Origin: Hydrolagus colliei
Taxonomy: Eukaryota
Length of the DNA stretch: 64,000 nucleotides
Reading direction: 5' to 3'
NCBI GenBank assembly: GCA_035084275.1
Contig: CM068756.1
Location: 992,001 to 1,056,000 of the forward strand
This document shows positions 53,459 through 64,000 of this stretch, piece after piece; position 1 is the stretch's first letter, and each line of letters opens with the position of its first letter. The notes beneath the pieces are model-generated. The model did not search any database, was not told where the DNA came from, and saw only the letters and a program-made list of their open reading frames with translations. Position numbers and translations under genes: made by a program.

Positions 53459-53660
53459 AATAATCCTTGCATTTGATATCGCGTGTTTCACATCTTCTAG
53501 ACGTCTCAAAGTGCTTCACATAATATACTGTAAAATGAATTGACTATATATTTGTGGGCGAAGCATGGCAGCCAATTTGCGCACAGACGTGTCTCACAAA
53601 CAGTTGTGGAATATAATGACCAATTTTTTTTAGGGATTATTATTCGGCGTGTGGTGTAAG
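53459..53660 (-). mobile_element. 5'-truncated SINE
   Basis: Reverse complement of tail and core (GGCAGCCAATTTGCGCACAG). Confidence 0.85.
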
Positions 53661-53745
53661 ATATTGTATTGATAATTAATGACAAAAAACAAGAGGAACA
53701 TATCTGTGAGTCACATTGAGGTAAATGTACATAATGCAGGGTGAA

Positions 53746-53799
53746 GTCTAGAAGACGTGAAAAGCGCTATATCAAATGCAAGGATTATTATTTATTATT
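53746..53799 (+). mobile_element. SINE tail fragment
   Basis: GTCTAGAAGACGTGAAAAGCGCTATATCAAATGCAAGGATTATT. Confidence 0.8.
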
Positions 53800-54045
53800 A
53801 ATGGCATGTTGACAGTCTTTTGCTCGAATATAGAATATCTGCAGTGTCTGCTATGAGAAAATGGCTTCCAAATGTTTCAAAATTCTGCACAATGTTAAAT
53901 TTCAAGTCAATGGTTTTAACATTAAAAACATAAGAGTTTTCAGGCATCTTAAAACCCAATTAAGTCACTGGTCCTTAAGAAAAGGAAAGGGAAACCTGGC
54001 ATTATGATAAAAGCAGAAATCCATCAGTAAGCCTACAGGACTTAC

Positions 54046-54129
54046 CTCCTCCCATGCACTCTTGACGTTTTCCTGAGCAGTCTTTAATTCAGATTTCAGT
54101 TTCAAAATGGTTTGATCCCTTGTGTTAAC
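54046..54129 (-). CDS. PMFBP1-like exon (84 nt, phase 0-0)
   Basis: tggcag|GTT...GAG|gtaagt; VNTRDQTILKLKSELKTAQENVKSAWEE (one 28-aa unit). Confidence 0.85.
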
Positions 54130-54263
54130 CTGCCATAAAGCAAACAACTTTTCTGAGATTCAATCAACGTGAAGCTTGATTTCACAATAAATTTAGTGAG
54201 ATGTTGCCCTGAGCGTCAAAAAATATAGCTTCAGAGCTTAATAGTCAGATAACCTGGAATTCT

Positions 54264-54491
54264 GAGGCCCAGAATGTTATCTTGTCTTAAGCCTGTAAGA
54301 TATTTTGTCTTAACATTTAAGATCACATCTAAATTATGGAGAATTCTTAAAATAAGCCTTAATTAAGAAGCCAGATTTTCACAACTCTTTAAAAGAATTG
54401 GCTTCCAAATTAAAAGCGAATTCAAGCATTTCCCTAAATTCTATCAATCTTAAATGCTAAGATAAAATGTCTAGCGTAAATGTGTGGCCTC
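54264..54491. mobile_element. Palindromic MITE-like element (possibly PIF/Harbinger)
   Basis: GAGGCC...GGCCTC ends; ATTTTGTCTTAACATTTAAGAT pairs with ATCTTAAATGCTAAGATAAAAT; inner GAAGCCA/TGGCTTC. Confidence 0.6.
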
Positions 54492-54777
54492 TGAGGTATA
54501 AAATGAACAAATATTGACTAAAATACAGTAGTAAGCATACAGATGTTTCCGACTATAATGTATTTAGAAATGATGGCACAATCCAACGGAATAAATGTCT
54601 CCTTTCAAAGCCAAACGTATAAAATGCAGATCAGTCTTTCAAATCATTTCATTTGTCAGATCCATAATTAGAGGTTGATCCTACCTTAATGCAAACCAAA
54701 TTTGATGCAATTTCAACAATGTAACATGTGCAGGAGATGAATCTTGTTGAGCTACCAAATACGTAACACAAACCTAC

Positions 54778-54945
54778 CTCACTCTGTGCTGTTATGTGAT
54801 TTTCAGTAAGGACACTGAGTTCAGTGTCCAGCTTCTGCTTCTCCAAAGTAACGTTTGAGAGAGTCACTGCTTGTTGGGCTGACTCTTCATTAACATCTGC
54901 TAACTTGCTCTTCAGTTCTGCCACAACATCCTCACTGTGTAACAA
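54778..54945 (-). CDS. PMFBP1-like exon (168 nt, phase 0-0)
   Basis: gtgcag|TTG...GAG|gtaggt; LLHSEDVVAELKSKLADVNEESAQQAVTLSNVTLEKQKLDTELSVLTENHITAQSE. Confidence 0.85.
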
Positions 54946-57500
54946 CTGCACACACAAGCATTGAAAAAATGTAAAGGGCATGCTTTTTAAAATGTTTGTG
55001 TTGGTCGTGAAGGGCCCATGAAATGGATTTAGATATTCTCATTGCAACCGCACAAGTCCGCTGCATAAATGTGCTCAGAATTTAACACAAACAGGCAATT
55101 GTTTTCAGGCGGATGAAGAGGATAACGTTACGAAAATCAGGTGGTGAAACACTGATACAGCAAAAGATACTTTCTGCGCATTAAGGCAAACAGATTGAAC
55201 ATGATTCTCCATGTGGAATATTCTTTGCCTGACTTAAGAATAATGGGAAAAGTGGACAAATCTCCAAAATGCCTCCCTTGTGCATTGAAAAGCATGGAAA
55301 TCTACAATTATGAAAATAGCTGATTTCTACATTTACACTTATACATGTACCACATACACACCACAACATATACTCACTTCAGAGTAACAGCCGGTGTACT
55401 GATACTGCAAGTCTTCCATGTGCTTCTGTAAAGTACAGTTTTTTTCTTCCCTTCTCGCAATCTGCAGATTTTTCAAAACATGAAGATTACATCAAATACA
55501 AATGCGAAAATATGTTTGCCGACAAAAACATAGAATCACTACATTTTACCAAAAAAATACACTTTCAGCACATTTCACTAATTTTTTATTTTATATGAAG
55601 TAGACAAAATGCTAAGGACAAGCAGTTATTTTAATGGAACTATATCTGGAGGAAGAACATATATCAAGAGAAGTGCTCACAGACTCCAACATTCTCCACC
55701 CCCCCCACTCAATGAATATGCATCCAGCAGCTTTGGTTATAATGGGGCCTAATTAGAGCTGAAATATCTTCAAAAAATCCACTGAATAGCCACAATTCCT
55801 CAGAGATTTCACATTTTTCTTCTTCTCTGGTACTTGTTTAATATATCCTTCTGCTGTTAGAATCACATGATACTGAAAAACGTGCCTTATCCAATTTTTG
55901 GGTATCTAATTCAATTTAATTATCTCCTAGATCCTAGGAATTCAATATTTTCACCTTTTAAGCTGTACAATCACCTGATTTTTTTTAATCAAGGGATTAT
56001 TCCCTTTCATATTTCAGATTTGTCACAAGAATTTAATTACAACCCTCACAAATTAGAATATCTCTTCATTGTTACTGTATGTAGCTTTCTGTTGTTAAAA
56101 GGCATCTCCAACTTTGTCAGTAACCATTTTAATATTGTGGATTGCAGAATCCTGGAGCAATTTGCTCACACAAAGCAAAAGTTTAATTAGAGGTGTAACA
56201 AGCTATAAAAAGTTTATTTAACTAACAAGTGAACACTTGTATTGAACCTACCAACTGACTAGACTAGATCATACTCAAGTGATCCAATCATGATTATACA
56301 TCACATAATCATGTAATGTTTATATCACTACATTTGTCAAACAAATGTACATAAGATACCAATTACACTCCCATGGGTATAATACAAAATATCTAATCCT
56401 TAGCCATTTTTAATCAGGAAATAATTTATTTTGTTTGGCTTATCTATTGGATTTCCATCACATAGTTTTCTTGTGTTTAAAATACAATATGTTGCACCAC
56501 AGGTCACAAAGCAAAAAAAAAAGGAAAAAAACGTAGTGGTCAAAAATATCTTTTTATATGTGTGTTACTTTGTCGACTTTGGTATGTGTATGCTTTCAAG
56601 TAAAAATAGAGTTTAAAGATGATGGCGCTAATAATTTTCAATCATTTGAATAACATTTCACGCAACTCAGGAACTGACTAGACAGCTATACCATGATTAC
56701 ACTTCCAGGAGTGAAACCCAATTTAGACTTTCTGCTCCACATCATTTTCAATCAGGACTGAAAAAAGGAAATCCCAATTTTAGAGATTGCTGTATGTTCA
56801 GAAACAGAAAGGAGATGTTTCCTTTTTAATGATATTAAATAGTTGATCATGCAATCTAAATATCTTTAAAAGTAAAGTTCCTTGAAAGTTTCTGGGAAAT
56901 GTTATGTCTTACGGGGGAAGAGTGCTAATCTCACATTCCATATTTTTACCACAGTGTGTGTGAATCACGCAGGTCTTAAAATTACCTCTTCCAGGAGGTT
57001 TCAAAATCAGGGCTGACTTCAGCACAACTCAAACTGTTAATATTGCAAACTTGCCAATGAAACCGGCATCAAACATGAGATATGTGTTGCACAAGACAAA
57101 CCTAAGAATGCAGGTGATTTATATAAAACAAAATGTCCAGAGCAGAGCAATAAAGAGTCATAGTACAGTGGAAGAAGCTCACTTTAAGGTCTTCCCACTA
57201 ACGTGGTCAACTAATTTACATGGTAAGGTTTCTTTTCCGCAGTTTTTTCATTAAACATTGTATTATATTGTACAGTATTACACACTCATGACTGAGGTTG
57301 ATCTCGACAAGCCAAAGAACATTAAATGATTAAAATTTCTGAATCAATTACATATACAGACAAGCAACATTCATCTCTGCAAAATAGTCAATGATTTCAC
57401 CAAAAACTTGACGCACTTGTCTTTTTTTTTATCATGCTGGATGGTCAACATTTTAAACGATTTTAAAAAAAACATTTCTGGTCAAAAGCTAGTTATGTAC

Positions 57501-57680
57501 CTCACTGTTTGCATTTCTCCCTGTTTCATTCAGTTTGTTGGTCATCTGATGCAGGGTTTCTTGACATTCCCTGAACTGGTCCATAAGCTGCTGAAAGTCT
57601 TCTGCTTTATTCTGCAGTTTGCATCTTAAAGTGTCAGATTCAAATTCAGTGGCATTCAGGTGTTCCTCCATTTCCAGCAT
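57501..57680 (-). CDS. PMFBP1-like exon (180 nt, phase 0-0)
   Basis: ttttgcag|ATG...GAG|gtacat; MLEMEEHLNATEFESDTLRCKLQNKAEDFQQLMDQFRECQETLHQMTNKLNETGRNANSE. Confidence 0.85.
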
Positions 57681-57736
57681 CTGCAAAACACAATTTTTTT
57701 TTTGCTAATCTCCTGAATGGCATTCAAAGCTTTAGA

Positions 57737-57785
57737 ACAACAACAACGTTACATTGATAAGAGTGCCTTTCACGTCGGGAGGACT
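57737..57785 (-). mobile_element. L2 tail fragment
   Basis: (CAA)n...GTGCCTTTCACGTCGGGAGGAC; similar short tails at about 9664-9723(+), 40733-40800(+), 60660-60730(+) and 62250-62310(-). Confidence 0.65.
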
Positions 57786-59384
57786 CATAATATCTGTTGC
57801 TGCTCAATCTCGGGTTCAGAATTTCAATGGAATTGATGACTTAAGAAAGCGTGAGGAACTAGACTTCAAACCATGAGGTCCTGCTCCACTTACAGCTGCA
57901 ACAACTTTGTCATATCACTGGTCTTCACAATCTTTTGAAGCAGAGCAGAGCAACAAGATGATTGTAGGATTTTGTGATGTGAGGTATGAGAGGGCTCACA
58001 AGATGAACTTTTTTATAATATTTCTTGCATTTGATATAACACCTTATCACGTCTCCGAGGCGTGCCAACGCTCCTTATTCTCATTAGAAACATGAGGTGA
58101 TGACCTTTGGGGTTCAGAAGTATCTATACAATACTTTCTCTAAGAGACAGCGACAAAATGACTAACGCTTCAAAACCATTCTATTTACAATAGAGTTAAC
58201 AGTATTATAAAGCATGGCTTCAGTGGTCTCTGGTATTGTCAGTGTTCGCAGCTGTGTGGCTTGGCAACACATCCAGCAATCCACTGCCGTAGATTCTCTG
58301 GTTTAAATAGTGCACCACAAAGATAGATCTGCAGAAGACAGTTTAAGAGACTTCCTTTCTCTCAGTGGTACACTGTAGATCATTGTCCCTTGGTACCATA
58401 TCTTCAGGGCCTGGTGTTGACTTCCTCTCGCCAGAGTTTGAGGTTCTCTAACACCACATTGATGGGGAGTTTAGCCTTAGGGATGGATTCAGCAATGAAC
58501 ATGACTCATCTGTGAATAAAAGAAGAACATTGTTCTATTAATGATTTTGGATTAAACAAGTAGTGGAAATGCAGAGGGACTTCCGCAGACATCAAACACA
58601 TATGATAATTTATGCAGTTCAAGTGCAGCTGAGGTATATGGAAACAGGTCTTTTATTCATAAGAATTAATGACTTCACACACTGCTATTAGCAAGCTAAT
58701 TAAGGTGAATGTTATTAACATGGTTTCACAGTACTGTGGGGAGATTGTTTAAAGAAACACTTACCATCCTGTTCATACTCTGAGGACATAGCATTTTCCT
58801 TGTTGAGTAGATATTAAGGTTTGGCTATTGCATACTGATTCTGCCAAGTGTTTTCTTCTTGGTTTGATGGTTTCTCTTCTCATCTTGAATTTTCTTTTTC
58901 ACTCCACTTTTGTTAGTGCCACCGGTTTAGGACATGGATTGATTCACTTACAATGACATTAGTAGTTATTTTGATACTTTGTGTATGTTGTTATAGGTCC
59001 AAGCCTGTTTTTCCATTCAATAAAATAATGCTTGTATTTGATTTTGCATGTTAGTTTATTTGTTCTTTTGAATAAGGACGAAGGGGGGAATTGTCTACAA
59101 CTCCATTGTGGAAGGACAACCTCGTGAACTGCAGCAATATAAAGAGAAGTCCACCACAATCTTCTCATGACAAGTCGGGATGGGCAATAAATGCTGTCCC
59201 TGCCAATAACATCCACATTTTGAGCAGGAGTTTAAAACAAGCGTACTTCAGCATAGGTCAAATACCTTCCTCTTTCTTGATGTGGAATTATAAATGTTTC
59301 TTGAATGGTTGGCTGTCTTAATTTACCAATGGGATTACAACTCTATTATCACCATCTGCAGCACTTCTGTCTGTAAGTGTAAGC

Positions 59385-59630
59385 ACATCTTGATTAAAAA
59401 GCCTCAAGCCAGACCAGAGATGAGAAGAATTGCTCCCTGTTCGCCATCCCGCACGAGAGTGGGGCATATAGAGCTTGCTGTCTGCCCAACAAAAGCAGTA
59501 GATATTCCTTCAATTAACTTCAAAGGAGAACTGGATATGCATCTGCTTTGAGAACAGTTTTGGAGGATATGAGGATAGATGTGTTCTCAAATGAACAAAT
59601 CATCCATGGCATGCTATGATTTCTATATTC
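59385..59630 (+). mobile_element. Degenerate CR1-type LINE 3' end
   Basis: TTCAAAGGAGAACTGGATATGCAT (FKGELDMHL, CR1 FKxxLD motif) and CTATGATTTCTAT tail; weaker relic at about 62820-62936. Confidence 0.55.
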
Positions 59631-62021
59631 TGGGATCAGCAAGGTTTCCTTATGTTAAATGACGTTAAATGTTCACAGTCAAGATCAATCCTAGTCCTGA
59701 AACATTAAACTGTATTATAATTACTATTAATGTCAATGTTTAAGCTACTTCTAAATTCAGCAAGGGATAAACGGTCAGAAAATGTGTGATAGGAGTGAAA
59801 TGTAAACGACTGTTTATAGCTTCAAACATCCCACTTCTCTTGCACCTGGAAGCTGAAAAATGTAGATCAAATCTTACATTCTGCCTTACGGACATTAATC
59901 ATATACAGCTGATTTTTAATCATACCATATTTTTAATAGAGGATGTTCAGAACCAGTTCAATTTTTCCCCAGGAAATCAAATGTTCAAATGAGTTATGAT
60001 CTCATTAATTGAGAACCATTATGATAGTATAGGAGCATATATTAAGTCTATTAAAACACAGAAAATAATACCTTATAGTGTAATGCAATATCATCATATG
60101 AAGTTTTGAGTTGAGAATATTTTTTCGCTTAAAACGTTCAACTAGAAAAACTGGCAAATTGCAGTCTTCCTTTGGATAGAGGGAAGCTGTACACATTTTG
60201 TAAATGGTGAATAGAAATATTGAAAATCTATAATCTAATTGAAGGCCAAGTCGTATGGAGACAAACTGTATTGAAAGTCTCAAGTGATTTACAAACTCTA
60301 AATCCCACATTAAGTTAGTGATTTAAATTTACTCTCACCTGTTTGTTATATTATATTCTGTGCATGGAACTTTACAACTCCCAATTGTGACCGTTTTGGG
60401 TCTCGGATTTCTAAAATTATACCCAGTATCTCAGTTTAGTGTGAATGGCACTCAGAAGTGTTTTCTGTACCCTCATGACATAATTAGAGCAGATCTAAGG
60501 GTATACAATGTCTAATAGATTATAGGGACATTGAACACACAACACTGTGTAGAAATTCTACTTTGTAATATTGCGATTTTTCCCACATAAGCAGTTAACA
60601 TTTTGATTTCTTCCTAATTTGCCTACAGAATAAACAGTCACTATGCTAGATGGTAAATCTTATGAAGCACTTTCAGCCGTCTTCCTGACATGAAAGGTGC
60701 AACATCAAATGTAAAGGTAATTATTATTCATTGTTTCCTGACTTCATTGTACCCAGTTATCACAGTGAAAAAGTACCAGATGGGACATGCCATTCCAAAT
60801 AGTAGATTACAAAAAAACTGTGTAATGATCTATTAATTAGATCAGTATTTTGCACTGAGGTAGTATTCTGGATGACCATAGGGCCAATTTTATTGAATTA
60901 CAATGAGGCCAGTAAAGAAACAGTATGTTGCTGTGGTGTAAAAATGTACAGTTACAAACCAAATTTCTCTCCATCCCAGCAGAGCACATTTCTGACTTAC
61001 TGCAGCACCTGCACTTACTGTTCTGTGAAACTAGGGCTGAAGTTCCACGGCCATATATATATGTATTATATTAATAGATTAATGTGAAATATTTAGGTCA
61101 CATACAATACAAAGGAACATATCCTCTTGTTTTCATAAACCTGCTAATCCCAATTGAATTAAAAGAGCGGGTACATCCGATAAAAAGGCAGCATAAATTC
61201 ATTCCGATTTCCGGAGATGTTAAAACATTTTTAATTGACAAATTACAACCAAAATAACTTGCATTGATATTGTGCATTCATACAGGGCAATGTCTCGCAT
61301 GACACTGCCCCGTATGGAGTCACTTGTCTGAGAAATATACGCACCAGGAACCAATAACTGAGGATCCCGCACAACTGTGAATAAGAGTGAATCGCAAACT
61401 TCAAATAACATTAAGAGTTGGTGTTTAAGGTACGGATTTGAAAGTGCTTTTTATCAAGAGAATATTGCTTTATGGCTAAGATGACCTATAATTCCCTCGA
61501 TCGCTTATTTGAGCGAAGCTTGATATACAAAGCTTCATTGTAACTAGAAAAAAAAAGCTGGCTGATCAGCAATGCAGAAAGCATCATCAGTCTCCTCACT
61601 CCTTTCACCGCCATCCTACTGAGAGTTTTACATTATTATTCTGTTACTGTATCTGTATTCTACAAAAAGTAACATCAAACACCTCACAGTGCAGAATGCA
61701 GACAGAATTTTATTACCCCAAGTACCTGGAGGCTGCATGGAATAGACTGCGGAGCGAGTTTCAAGATAACAGGAAATTGATTTCCAAAAACAAAGAAATA
61801 GTATACAAGTCAATCTGAATTACAAGTGTCTTGGCTCAGACAAAACAATTGAAAGCAAAGTGCTCGCAGTGTGGCGCGAGGACGAAATTTCAGGCAGATC
61901 TCGTTCTTTTATATTTGGTGTATGATGAGACACAAGAAATTTCACTTTGTTATTTCACAATTACTTCTGAAGTTTGGAACATGCAACATTATAATTTGTG
62001 GTTTGCAGTAATTGTTAACTA

Positions 62022-62575
62022 GAGTGGAACCTCGATTATCCACGACTGAATTATCAGTTTTCCTGATCATTCACCAAGCTCCTGTCACCTACCTAACTTC
62101 GCTTGCTTCACTAATGTAAATATAACCTTGCGTCTGAAAAGAACAGCAATTTGAATTCCTACCCAGAAAATCAATCATTTTAGATGTGAAAATCAAAAGC
62201 ATGTTTTGTTTGGACAGTTTTATGTTCAGTCAGCAAATAGTAATGAAAATAAACAACAATAAATTACATTTTTATACCACCTTTCACGTCAGAAGGATGT
62301 CCTAAAGAGGGCTTACTAGATGCTGAACTAGTCTGAAGTTTATACCTGTGTTCTCTAGGTACCTTTTTATATTTCTGTAATAAAGTGACAGCCGAAGGTA
62401 CAGTTCCATGATTTTTCTGAAGTATATTAAAGTTGTTAATTATTCAAACAATGTGCAGTTAAATGAAGAAAGATTCCATCCTCAATTATCAGTCAATTTC
62501 AATCATCCACCAGGCTCCCCACCGCTACCACCCCCACCCCACCCACCGCCTCATCATTATGGTGGATAATCAAAT
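62022..62575. mobile_element. Possible decayed Tigger-like MITE
   Basis: TA-GAGTGGAACCTCGATTATCCAC start and GTGGATAATC near 62562; right end eroded. Confidence 0.35.
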
Positions 62576-63063
62576 CCAAAGAAGTATAAAATAATTGTGT
62601 GGAATGAAAGGTGGTCAAGTGGGAACACAAAAGCTCACCCAAATATTTGATTAACAAAATCACTAAATTGTATTACTTATGTTTTGAATAGGATAGTAAT
62701 CAGTCAGCATTGAAGCATTTCACCAACGTCAAATTAATTTTGTGAAATTCAATTATTGTTCACTGCTGCTTCAACACAGCTTTTCATAGTTGAATGCAAT
62801 GCTTTTAGAACACAACGTGGGTCAATAGGATCAACAGATATTTGTTAGGTACGGATATCAACGGATGGGGAGATTAGGGAGGTAAATTTAGTTGAACAGA
62901 ATCAAGGGATTGAATGGTCTAACTGTTTTGTATGTTGAAATGCAGCAAAGCTGTGAGCAGAGTTAGGTCTGATTAACAGAATATATATATCTACATGTAC
63001 TATCCTTATCTGTTATTTGAATGTGTTGCTGTATAAAGCACAAACAAAGCAAATTGGCATTAC

Positions 63064-63231
63064 CCGTGTTTGGGATTCTTTGAGTTTGTTGTGTAGGAGC
63101 TCAGTCTCAGTTGTCAGTTGTTGGATTGTTTCTTCGTTCACCTCAGTGCTCCTCTTAGTTGAATCCTGAACAATCTGAATAGATGAAAGCTCTTCATTCA
63201 ACTGGCTTATTGTATCTTCACATCGTTTCAC
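63064..63231 (-). CDS. PMFBP1-like coiled-coil gene, first exon visible in window (168 nt, phase 0-0)
   Basis: ttctag|GTG...CGG|gtaatg; VKRCEDTISQLNEELSSIQIVQDSTKRSTEVNEETIQQLTTETELLHNKLKESQTR; heptad pattern. Confidence 0.85.
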
Positions 63232-64000
63232 CTAGAATAAGTAATGTTGGAATATACAATTATCAGTTTCTTTCACCAAGAATAGAGGGAATCAATTTGG
63301 GTGCAAAACACACAAAGTTATTTTGGTTGAAACAAATCATAATACGCAAACAGCAAGTGGATTCATCATCATATTTACGCGCACAATAATTCCTTGTTTG
63401 TTGGTTGTGCTGCCGTGTAAAACACCAATAAAAGCGAAGCAAAAAGAGAAGTTCTGTGAAGAGATCAGTGGTCTTTTTGCTTTTTCACCTATTTTGTGGT
63501 TCTCAAGGCTCAAAATATGAGGCCAAACTGAACACACTGTGTATCTGACTCTTCAGCTGATTTTGTAAATTCCTTCAGTTTGGTGCACACTTGCAGTGAA
63601 ATGACATTGCATTGAGTCCAATCACTGCAGCATGTATCATAAAGTCAGTTCCCTCCATACAGAGGCAAACCAGAGATGAGTCTCCAAACGGGATCCTCTC
63701 AAGTTTGGTGGGAGGAAAATCAGTCGTTCTTCACTAAACGTTGCCTCCAGCGGCGTAAACGCCTGACACAAAATCAGTATAAATCAGCACTTTTAATATG
63801 CTTCATGCTATAAAACAGCTAAAGTTGAAAACAACCTAGGAAAAGTATGTTGTGTAGTATTCCCTACTTTAACATCATTGGCTTTGCTCCAGTGACACTT
63901 TGGTTTGGGAGACAAATGCCATTTACATAATTTTTCTCCAGCGAAGTCTAACCGTAGATTGACTTGCAAAGAGAAACAAAGCAACTATGTCTGAAGAATT

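Noticed and set aside
1-64000. CRISPR-like or prokaryotic defence/mobile system suggested by recurring 40-60 bp motifs
   Set aside because: The motifs are dispersed SINE/LINE tails in both orientations, not regularly spaced arrays; the DNA is spliceosomal-intron vertebrate sequence with no operons

Overview
AT-rich vertebrate (eukaryotic) genomic DNA, most likely from a cartilaginous fish. The repeat set (tRNA-headed Deu-domain SINEs with (ATT)n tails, L2, CR1) looks like elephant shark/chimaera, which is an inference. The whole window lies inside one minus-strand, intron-rich gene. I reconstructed 19 consecutive GT-AG exons (63231 down to 1032) that splice in frame to about 1069 aa of coiled coil with no start or stop in the window. 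The central exons resemble vertebrate PMFBP1 (sperm head-tail coupling protein) as I recall its sequence, but the protein appears longer at the N-terminus. The most striking structure is that 11 of 14 phase-0 exons are exact multiples of 21 nt (seven are 168 nt) and the protein has a 28-residue repeat in register with exon borders. Introns hold SINEs, L2/CR1/L1 relics, Tigger/pogo-type MITEs (one a fold-back carrying two copies of a transposase N-terminus), a perfect 40-bp palindrome and enhancer-like homeodomain-site clusters. There is no prokaryotic system, CRISPR array or genuine RNA gene, and nearly all ORF-track entries are spurious or partial exons. No database searches were run and repeat boundaries are approximate.
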